A stretch of 58,976 nt of DNA, taken from the NCBI GenBank assembly GCA_938084765.1, contig CALKFO010000065.1, positions 1 through 58,976 on the forward strand, written 5' to 3'. A program made the translations under genes and the position numbers. The DNA comes from Candidatus Bipolaricaulota bacterium. GTDB lineage: Bacteria > Bipolaricaulota > Bipolaricaulia > Bipolaricaulales > Bipolaricaulaceae. The notes beneath the pieces were generated by a model, which saw only the letters and a program-made list of their open reading frames with translations, was not told where the DNA came from and ran no database searches. Position 1 is the stretch's first letter, and each line of letters begins with the position of its first letter. Of this stretch, positions 42,558 to 49,866 are shown piece after piece.

Positions 42558-43838
42558 TTACTTCAAAACCGTCCTAACCGCGGCCTTCCACGCGGCCCAG
42601 CCTTCCTCGGGGGTCAAGTCCCCCACCAGCACTGGGTAGATGCACTCCAGCCCCATGAGTTCCTGGATTTGTACATACTGATAGTGAGCGATGGGGGGCA
42701 CAGCATAGGGGATGTTCGCGGCATATGCCAAAAGCGCTGGCTCCTTTTCCTGGATGTATGTAATGAAAAGAGGATTGGTACTCACATCATCACGTGCCGG
42801 CAACATCCCCGTGATCTGAACCCAAGCAAGATCGTGCTCGGTGTTAGACAAAACCCAGCGAATGAAGTCCCACATAGCCTGGCGTTGCTCTAGCGTGGCC
42901 TGAGCGTACATCACCACCCCCTTCGCATCGGCAAAGGTAAAAACAGGAGCATCCGCTGGATACCAGTCGGGCACAGGCGGTGGCGTCAAAACAAACGTCT
43001 TGCCGTATACCAGCTCAGGGTAATTCTCCTTCCACCACGGGAAGGTCCAGGGACCAAGCACTGTCATGATTGTTTTCCCGACCTCGAAGCCAGCGGCTAA
43101 CGGTTCCGTGATCAACAACTTTTTGTCCCGTAAGGTTTTGAAAAAGCGCAGCGCTTCCACGGCAGCTTTATCGTCCGCAACGATTTCCGCGCCAATGAGG
43201 AAAGGCTGCCCTCCGCTTGCTGCATAATAAAACACGAAGAAGTCAAACCAGCGCTGCCACCAGGTCGGCACCTCAAGCTCGCTTCTTAACCACAAGAATT
43301 TATCAGGGTGTACGGCTTTAAGGCGCTCTCCCACAGCCAGCACCTCGCTATAGGTGCGCGGAGGTTTGTCATAGCCCAGCTCCCGCAGGATGTCGATGCG
43401 CCAAGCGATAAGCATCGCGTTCACATACATCGGTATGATGTAATAGTTCCCATCTGCAAAGATCCAGCTCTTCATAGTCTCTTCCATGTTCCGTGCTTTC
43501 ACCAGATCTTCCCAGCCAGGAAAAGCGTTCCATGGCACAACAGCCTGAGAACGAACGAGTTCGTCGCCGAATCCGATGAAGATGTTCTCGGAAGCGGTGG
43601 GCGCCACCCCGCCAGCAATGGCTGCAAGGATTCCTGCTTCAGAGGTGGGCGTCTCCGGGATCGGACTGACAGTGATCTTCACTCCAGGATGCTCCGCCAT
43701 GTACCTCTCAGCCATGCGCCGCCAAAACACCTCCTGAGAGGGGTTGGGCGCGCTCCAAAACGTTATTTCAATTTGGGCCATCCCTACAAACCCGAGAACC
43801 AACAAACCAAAAGCCCATACTTTCCACACTTCTCGCAT
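42558..43838 (-). CDS. extracellular solute-binding protein of a carbohydrate ABC importer
   Basis: Signal-like N-terminus (VWAFGLLVLGFVGMAQ). It is 426 aa with a family-1 SBP-like pattern (ITFWSAPNP...VFW..MA..Y...PGVKI). RBS is GGGAGGTG. Confidence 0.8.
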   Translation of the reverse strand: MREVWKVWAFGLLVLGFVGMAQIEITFWSAPNPSQEVFWRRMAERYMAEHPGVKITVSPIPETPTSEAGILAAIAGGVAPTASENIFIGFGDELVRSQAVVPWNAFPGWEDLVKARNMEETMKSWIFADGNYYIIPMYVNAMLIAWRIDILRELGYDKPPRTYSEVLAVGERLKAVHPDKFLWLRSELEVPTWWQRWFDFFVFYYAASGGQPFLIGAEIVADDKAAVEALRFFKTLRDKKLLITEPLAAGFEVGKTIMTVLGPWTFPWWKENYPELVYGKTFVLTPPPVPDWYPADAPVFTFADAKGVVMYAQATLEQRQAMWDFIRWVLSNTEHDLAWVQITGMLPARDDVSTNPLFITYIQEKEPALLAYAANIPYAVPPIAHYQYVQIQELMGLECIYPVLVGDLTPEEGWAAWKAAVRTVLK

Positions 43839-43849
43839 AGGTCACCTCC

Positions 43850-45538
43850 CTACTGACCCCTGGCTTGCCAATCCACCACCACTCCACCCACCACGAGCTT
43901 TCCTTCCACGTATTTCGCTTCCTCCCCGGCGGGGATCACGACGAGCACTGTTGCGGAATCGGGGGGTAAAGCCAGCCGAACAATCCCACGGACATCCCGG
44001 AGAAGAAACTTCTTGGTCACTGTGTCGTATAGATCTTTAGGTGTTATTCCTAAGTCCAGCTCGATTTCCTTTGTTTCGCTGTACGGGTTATAAAAAAGGT
44101 AAGATGGATAAGCTGGACCGCGGAAATAGTCGGTGGCCAGAAGATCGACTTGCAAAATTCCTTCGACGTTGGTACGGTTCACCACAGCCCCAAATATCCC
44201 TGCGTGTGATCCAGAATAAAGAGCGAAATCGGTCTTAGCCCACTTGTTGCGCATCGCGTCACCGGTGGCGTAAGGACTGACCACGTCCCAACCCACCACA
44301 CCCCAGCGGCGCAAGCCTTCGTAAGGGATGACGCCCTGGGAGGCTTCCGCCCAGAACGCAGAGGATTGATGTTTAGGGGAATGATATGGCGCATAGAAAA
44401 GGCGCGCGTTTACAGATGCATGAAGGAGCCATTTCCCAATCGCCTGGGCAAACCGCGGGTCATAGCGAACCAACGGCACCAACGGCTCAGCCCACACAAA
44501 GGTGTTCATGGCGAACGCGTAACCCTCCTGATCGGTGAGGCTCCCAATTAACCCGTCCACACGCACGCCATCCCACTCCCCGGAGAGCACGCCCCAGCCT
44601 GGCCGAGTATCGGAAATTCCAAAACACCACCGCACGAAAACTTCTACAGAGTAATCCCTGCCTTGTTCAGCATTGAGCCTGGCTGCTATCAGCGCTCCGT
44701 AAGGAAGAAGAAGCTCATAAAGGGGGTTATGACCTTCTTCCACCAGGCGTTGCAGATATGCCAGTGCTCGTTCTGCGCCGCTCAAAAAGCGGGGCTCTTC
44801 AAACACCACATAAGCCATATACAACAGCCAAGCCACTCCTGCTGCGGCGTCAGGTTCTTTCCACCAGCGCAAGGTCGGGGTCATCCGTACAAAGTCAAAA
44901 GCTTGAAAAGAAAAATCAGGCACGCCACCTTTATCCGTGAGCACGTCCAGGGCCTCCAACCAACGCTCCGCCACGATGCGCGTGATCTCCAACATGCTCA
45001 AATCCTCGGGGCCTTTTTTCGCTTGAGCGAGCTCAGGATATTGGTAAGTCAAAATATAAAACAGGATGCTCGGGTATATTTCGTACCAAAAACTGTTGCC
45101 CGTGACAGTGTTAGGGTTGTTGAGCACAAGGTTCTGGCCGTTCGCTCGGTTGAAGAACTCCTTTTGCATGGTCACCAAATCGAAGCCGCGCCAGCAGCTC
45201 ATGTCCAAACCCACGAGCGTAGCGCTACGCACGGCGGCGATAACATTGATGGCCTCCTGAGCGCCGTCACGACCATATCGGTGGTCTCCGACGTACGCAG
45301 GAAGAGCTAAGTGATCTAAACCGAAGTTAACGCCGCGCCGATCCCACCAGCTCAAGGGAAACAGGTCCCCTTGAGCTGTCCAGTCAAACACCAGCGCAGT
45401 GTAATCCTGGGCCACCTTTTTCCAGTCTCGCAGTTCCAAAACAGCGGGAAGATTAGGGAAAGCCTCCACAACCGGAGGGAGAATCTGTTGTGCACACGCG
45501 TTCAGCGCCAACAACGCTACAACAACGTACTTGGACAT
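43850..45538 (-). CDS. lipoprotein of unknown family, possibly an (alpha/alpha)-barrel glycan-active enzyme
   Basis: ATG 45538 after AGGAG gives MSKYVVVALLALNAC (lipobox-like LNAC). The 562-aa product matches no motif I can assign. It is rich in W/Y/F and sits between the SBP and a small secreted protein in the glycan locus. Confidence 0.55.
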   Translation of the reverse strand: MSKYVVVALLALNACAQQILPPVVEAFPNLPAVLELRDWKKVAQDYTALVFDWTAQGDLFPLSWWDRRGVNFGLDHLALPAYVGDHRYGRDGAQEAINVIAAVRSATLVGLDMSCWRGFDLVTMQKEFFNRANGQNLVLNNPNTVTGNSFWYEIYPSILFYILTYQYPELAQAKKGPEDLSMLEITRIVAERWLEALDVLTDKGGVPDFSFQAFDFVRMTPTLRWWKEPDAAAGVAWLLYMAYVVFEEPRFLSGAERALAYLQRLVEEGHNPLYELLLPYGALIAARLNAEQGRDYSVEVFVRWCFGISDTRPGWGVLSGEWDGVRVDGLIGSLTDQEGYAFAMNTFVWAEPLVPLVRYDPRFAQAIGKWLLHASVNARLFYAPYHSPKHQSSAFWAEASQGVIPYEGLRRWGVVGWDVVSPYATGDAMRNKWAKTDFALYSGSHAGIFGAVVNRTNVEGILQVDLLATDYFRGPAYPSYLFYNPYSETKEIELDLGITPKDLYDTVTKKFLLRDVRGIVRLALPPDSATVLVVIPAGEEAKYVEGKLVVGGVVVDWQARGQ

Positions 45539-45564
45539 GTTCCACGGTCTCCTGAAGGTTAAAG

Positions 45565-45591
45565 GCGGGGGAGGAACGAAACCTCCCCCGC
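45565..45591 (-). other. intercistronic GC-rich stem-loop (10-bp stem, 7-nt loop)
   Basis: GCGGGGGAGG-aacgaaa-CCTCCCCCGC lies between the stop at 45603 and the ATG at 45538. No clear U-tract follows on the minus-strand transcript, so it could be an attenuator or processing/stability element rather than a full terminator. Confidence 0.45.
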
Positions 45592-45602
45592 GCGACTCCC
45601 CA

Positions 45603-46169
45603 TCATTGAGTGCGATAGACAATGCTGATGCCATCAACCGAAACGCTGCCGCCCACACCCCAGAACCAAAGCCTTATAGCGATGATAGGGGATTTGGGAA
45701 TGGCCCGGATGACCCCAATGGGAGCGAACTCACGCAGCGCGTCGGCCAGCACAATCTCCACATTGCCAGAGAGGTTGTTATCTCCGATGAGGTAAGTTCC
45801 CCAGCCTTCGACGGGTGTAAACACATCTGGTTTCAGACCGCGCAGATGCGCCTTGAGCGTCCATTTTTCTGTAGGTCGTACGTTGTGAAGAAGGATAACG
45901 GGGTTCTTGGACATATCTATAAGGAGCCATGGGCTGATGACGCCACCGCCCCAAGGTTCACCAAAAGTGATCCCCACCACGGCCTTTCCGTCGACCAGGC
46001 TCACCGAGCCCGCTCCCAGGAACTCGCCGCTTGCGGGGTCCAAGAAAGGCTGCCAAGCTGCGGCAATGGCTTGCGCAGGGAAGTTGTAAACCAGGAGATC
46101 CTCAGCCCAGACCACCCATGAACCGACCAAGACCAACGCCGACAAAATCAAACCAACCTTTTTCACCAT
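45603..46169 (-). CDS. small secreted protein of unknown function (beta-rich, possible carbohydrate-binding module)
   Basis: ATG 46169 after AGGGGGTGA. Signal peptide MVKKVGLILSALVLVGSWVVWA. It is the first gene downstream of the LacI-type operator. Confidence 0.55.
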   Translation of the reverse strand: MVKKVGLILSALVLVGSWVVWAEDLLVYNFPAQAIAAAWQPFLDPASGEFLGAGSVSLVDGKAVVGITFGEPWGGGVISPWLLIDMSKNPVILLHNVRPTEKWTLKAHLRGLKPDVFTPVEGWGTYLIGDNNLSGNVEIVLADALREFAPIGVIRAIPKSPIIAIRLWFWGVGGSVSVDGISIVYRTQ

Positions 46170-46235
46170 AAAGGTCACCCCCTATGAGTTTTTGCTGCGG
46201 CAGTGGAGAACTCCTGTTTCCAGCGCATCACCTCC

Positions 46236-46255
46236 TTGCGCAACCGGTTGCGCAA
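46236..46255. promoter_or_regulatory. perfect 20-bp palindrome, candidate LacI-family operator
   Basis: TTGCGCAACCGGTTGCGCAA is its own reverse complement. It sits directly downstream of the -10 hexamer and directly 3' of the lacI-family gene. Confidence 0.6.
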
Positions 46256-46284
46256 TTATAGAGAACCTCCTACCCCTTTGTCAA
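46255..46284 (-). promoter_or_regulatory. sigma-70-type promoter of the glycan-utilisation operon
   Basis: On the minus strand: TTGACA (46279-46284), 18 nt, then TATAAT (46255-46260), followed immediately by the palindrome. Confidence 0.55.
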
Positions 46285-46296
46285 GCGCTGCGCGCA

Positions 46297-47283
46297 CTAA
46301 CATCCACAAGAGGCGCGAATCGTCAACGTTATAGGCAAAACGGAAAGCACGGGGACGTCACCACCACGCAAAAGTCCGAGGAGGTTTTGTGCTGCTACTT
46401 TACCCATCTCCACGCGCGGCACCCGCACACTCGTCAGCGGCGGCTGGACAAGCGTGGCCAGCGCCCCGTCATCAAAACCCACCACAGCGATATCTTCCGG
46501 CACTTTAAGCCCAACCTGTGTTAAGGCGCGGATGGCCCCCACAGCCATGAAATCATTGGCTGCAAAGATTGCGGTGGGGAGGTCAGACAATTTGAGAAAC
46601 TTTTCCATTGCAATCCGATCAGAATCGGGCCGCCGCCCGCCTTCGATCACCCAGCTTTTCCGCACAGCAATTCCCCGCTCCTTGAGCGCACGTCGATAGC
46701 CGACAAACCGCTCGTGGAAACTAGGGTCCGCAAGGGTTTCAGCAATGAAGGCGATACGCTTGTGCCCGTGTTCGAGAAGATGCAAAGTGGCAAGTCTGCC
46801 CCCTCCTAGGTTGTCCCCCACCACAGAGACCACGTTAGGAAGATGATAGTCCACCAGCACCACTGGCAACAACCTTTTCACCTCTTCCACCAGTTTGGAC
46901 TGGATGTCAGTGCCTAGAAAAACCACACCATCCACACGGCTTTCTTTGATGCATTGAGGAAGCGCGTGATTTCGCAACGTTGCGAAAACCACGTGATACC
47001 CGTGTTTTGTCACCTCGGCCTCGATAGTTTCCAAAATCACCCCGTAAAAAGAGCGCTCGTCCAAAGGCAAATGGCGCTCGTGTATAACCACAGCGATCGC
47101 AAAAGTGGAACGCGTGGCTAGAGCCCGGGCCAAAACGTTGGGTTGATACCCTAGCTCCTCCACCGTTTTTCGAATACGTTCACGTGTGGCTTCGCTGATG
47201 CGGCCTTTCCCAGACAAAGCCCGGGACACTGTGGACGGAGAAACCCCAAGAAGGCGGGCGATGTCGTGAATAGTCAAACCCAT
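46297..47283 (-). CDS. LacI-family transcriptional regulator
   Basis: ATG 47283. N-terminal HTH MGLTIHDIARLLGVSPSTVSRALSG.G.IS..TR..I, followed by a periplasmic-binding-protein-like sugar-binding core. Confidence 0.9.
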   Translation of the reverse strand: MGLTIHDIARLLGVSPSTVSRALSGKGRISEATRERIRKTVEELGYQPNVLARALATRSTFAIAVVIHERHLPLDERSFYGVILETIEAEVTKHGYHVVFATLRNHALPQCIKESRVDGVVFLGTDIQSKLVEEVKRLLPVVLVDYHLPNVVSVVGDNLGGGRLATLHLLEHGHKRIAFIAETLADPSFHERFVGYRRALKERGIAVRKSWVIEGGRRPDSDRIAMEKFLKLSDLPTAIFAANDFMAVGAIRALTQVGLKVPEDIAVVGFDDGALATLVQPPLTSVRVPRVEMGKVAAQNLLGLLRGGDVPVLSVLPITLTIRASCGC

Positions 47284-47297
47284 GCCAACAATGCTAC

Positions 47298-48041
47298 CTA
47301 GCTTACACCCCGTGAACAACGACGGTGGGGCCTAAAGAAACAACGGGGTCGAACGCCCATCTGCCTCACAGCACGGGGCAATTGGGAAAGGTCACCAATG
47401 CATAGGTGAGCCGCATGATAGGGTGTGAGAGGCGTTTGCCACTGATAGGGCCCCAAAAGAACGCGCACCGTGTGCAAACCAAGAAGACGAGCAGGGAAAA
47501 CGTCGTGGTCCAAGCGGTCGCCCACCATCACCGCCTCTTGCGGTCGCACATCCAGAGCATCAAGAATGATGCGAAAGAAGAGGGGCAGAGGTTTGGCTAA
47601 ACCCATCGTCTCGGAAACCTCTCGCCAACGAAAATAGCGGAGCAATCCCGCGCTTTCCAAAAGGTCCAAGGCTTTGCGGGGCTGATTGGCCGCCAGAGCC
47701 AAGAGGTACCGCTCGGCAAGCTGCGGAATGACCTCCTTGGCCTCGGGCCGCACGAACACCCCGGGCAGCTCTCTTTGAAACTCTTCGTTTCGCGCGCGAA
47801 ACGCGGAGAGAACGACTTGAAACCGTGCAAAATCTGGACAGAGCAATCGCCAAGTAGCCGAAAGCCAGGGATTGGGCTCACAACGCGCGATCTCTTCTTT
47901 GACCAACCCCGCAAACTCATCCCGCCCAATGGGAACGCCCTGTGCGGAGAGACTACCCACCAAAAGCTCCGTCCATACCGCGTATTCTGCGTCCTCGTTG
48001 AAGACTGGACCGCCCAGGTCCAAGAGGATGGCGCGAATCAT
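47298..48041 (-). CDS. HAD-superfamily hydrolase-like protein (atypical motif I)
   Basis: ATG 48041 overlaps the upstream stop (ATGA). Motif I reads AILLDLGGPVF and motif IV reads VMVGDRLDHDV. Confidence 0.7.
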   Translation of the reverse strand: MIRAILLDLGGPVFNEDAEYAVWTELLVGSLSAQGVPIGRDEFAGLVKEEIARCEPNPWLSATWRLLCPDFARFQVVLSAFRARNEEFQRELPGVFVRPEAKEVIPQLAERYLLALAANQPRKALDLLESAGLLRYFRWREVSETMGLAKPLPLFFRIILDALDVRPQEAVMVGDRLDHDVFPARLLGLHTVRVLLGPYQWQTPLTPYHAAHLCIGDLSQLPRAVRQMGVRPRCFFRPHRRCSRGVS

Positions 48042-49192
48042 TTGATCCCCATCTTCTTCGTGGCGATCTTCTCCGGGAGCATACAGCGGATGGAATCCTC
48101 TGCGCTCACACCTCTGAGTGCGGCCAGGATGCACACCAGCGCATGGCCGATGGCCAAGTGCGCCGTCTGAACCCGCGTGCTTGATGGGCCCTCCGGTTTG
48201 GCATTGCTCTTGATCACCACGTGGGCATATTTCCCCAGCGGGGAATCCAAGTTCTCCGTGATCGCCACCGTGAGAGCACCCTTTTCTCGCGCCAACCGCA
48301 CGGCCTCGTAGACAAACCCTGTTCCACCAGAGGCCGAAACTCCTATAAGCACGTCCTTTTCTGAAACCTGCTGGACGATGAAACGAGCCAATCCGCCTTC
48401 TTCCTCACCGGTGCCCTTAGCGAAGGAGACGGGCAAGGCTTGCGCCATGTTGTTGGTGATGCACAAACAGGGCACACCCGTCTCATAGCATTGGCCAGCG
48501 ATCTCCTCGGCCACCAGGGCCGAAGCTCCCGCGCCCGTGGTCACGATCTTTCCCCCTTGGTCCAGGCGCTCCTTGATGAGCTCAAGGGCTCGCAAAAACC
48601 CAGTTTTCGCCGTGACCAGCGAGGAAAGAATCCCTTCGGCCTCCAGACGCAAGGCCCTTTCTAGCATCTCTCCGGGCGTGTTACAACCCGTGAAATCGTA
48701 TCCCACCATGAACGGACGATTTACATCGATGACCTGACCCACAGTATCGATGAGCACCCGGCCCTTCCATTCATGCTCTTCAAACTCCAACGTCGTGCCC
48801 GGGATATCGCCGATCCGCAAATCCTTCCCGGTCAACCGCGCAATAAGGCTCGTTTTACCGGAGTTAAAAATGCCCAACACCACAACGCGTGCACCCTCGG
48901 GAAAACGGCGTTCGATTTCCGCCACAACGTTGGGCACGTTCTCCCCCGTGAGAAGGGACATCACCGGAAAGTCCTGTCCCAGCTCGCGGTAAATGCTCTG
49001 AACCACAGCCCGGTCCACGAGATCCAGCTTGTTTCCCACCATCAAAAACGGAAGGCCAGCGCGATGAACAGCCTCGAGGAAGAGCTCAAGCGTGGCAATT
49101 TGCGGGTCATAAAGGTTCACAAGGAGGATAGCTCCTGTGGCTCCGCACACCTCAAAGGGGGTGACCAACTTCTTTGTCACGCGGGTGCTCAC
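48038..49192 (-). CDS. fusion protein: circularly permuted P-loop GTPase (G4-G5-G1-G2-G3) plus MurQ/GckR-like SIS phosphosugar-binding domain
   Basis: G4 NKLD (aa 54-57; nt 49022-49033) precedes G1 GIFNSGKTS (aa 107-115; nt 48848-48874), then G2 PGTT and G3 DTVG (aa 149-152). The C-terminal half shows GGKIVTTGAGASALVA...VLIGVSASGGTGFVYEAVRLAREKGALTVAITENLDSPLGKYAHVVI...GPSSTRVQTAHLAIGHAL, which resembles the etherase/SIS pattern. Confidence 0.7.
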   Translation of the reverse strand: MSTRVTKKLVTPFEVCGATGAILLVNLYDPQIATLELFLEAVHRAGLPFLMVGNKLDLVDRAVVQSIYRELGQDFPVMSLLTGENVPNVVAEIERRFPEGARVVVLGIFNSGKTSLIARLTGKDLRIGDIPGTTLEFEEHEWKGRVLIDTVGQVIDVNRPFMVGYDFTGCNTPGEMLERALRLEAEGILSSLVTAKTGFLRALELIKERLDQGGKIVTTGAGASALVAEEIAGQCYETGVPCLCITNNMAQALPVSFAKGTGEEEGGLARFIVQQVSEKDVLIGVSASGGTGFVYEAVRLAREKGALTVAITENLDSPLGKYAHVVIKSNAKPEGPSSTRVQTAHLAIGHALVCILAALRGVSAEDSIRCMLPEKIATKKMGIK

Positions 49193-49236
49193 AGTTCACC
49201 TTCCCCGCTTGGACATGCCCAGGCCAAGGGCCTGAC

Positions 49237-49722
49237 TCAGCCTAACTTGTACCCGAGTTTGCGAAGCAATTCTTTGCGTTCAGCCTGTTCTTTCTCACCT
49301 TCAACACCCTTGGTTTTGATCCCGTCGATCACCCCAAGGACGCCGCGGCCTTGGGAGGTCTCGGCCACGATCACCTCCACCGGGTTGGCTGTGGCACAAA
49401 AAATTCGACACACTTCCGGCACCGCTTTGATCGCATTCAACACGTTGATCGGATACATCCCGCGCATCAAGATCAAAAACACATGACCACATCCGAGGTG
49501 AAGGGCGTTCTTTTTGGCGAGCTCCACAAGCTCAGGATCTGTGCCCGACCACCGCACCAACGCTGGGCCGGACGATTCACAGAAGGCCAAGCCAAATCTC
49601 GCTCCGGGTACGCTGTTGACCATGGCCTCGTGCAGGTCCTCCACGGTCTTGATGAAATGGGCCTGGCCAAGGATAAGGTTCACCTCCGCGGGTTTCTCGA
49701 TCGGCACCACTTTGATCTCCAT
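49237..49722 (-). CDS. adenosine-specific-kinase-like protein family (Pfam 'Adenosine specific kinase' fold)
   Basis: ATG 49722 after AAGGAGG. MEIKVVPIEKPAEVNLILGQAHFIKTVEDLHEAMV.SVPG..FGLAFCE.SG..LVR..G.D.EL..LA..NAL..G.GH.F.I....YPINVLNAIK.VPEVC.I.CATANP.EVIVAE...GRGVLGV.DG matches the family as I remember it. Confidence 0.7.
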   Translation of the reverse strand: MEIKVVPIEKPAEVNLILGQAHFIKTVEDLHEAMVNSVPGARFGLAFCESSGPALVRWSGTDPELVELAKKNALHLGCGHVFLILMRGMYPINVLNAIKAVPEVCRIFCATANPVEVIVAETSQGRGVLGVIDGIKTKGVEGEKEQAERKELLRKLGYKLG

Positions 49723-49866
49723 GAGGACCTCCTTTCCCTGCGCAACATCATCGGCATGCCAGCAGCATTGTACGTCCTCTCGGACGCGGAGGGAAACGCC
49801 GTGCAGCGGAAACCTGGGGATGACGCACGGCAAGCGCCTCAAGCCCAAGCGTGCCCGGACCGATCT

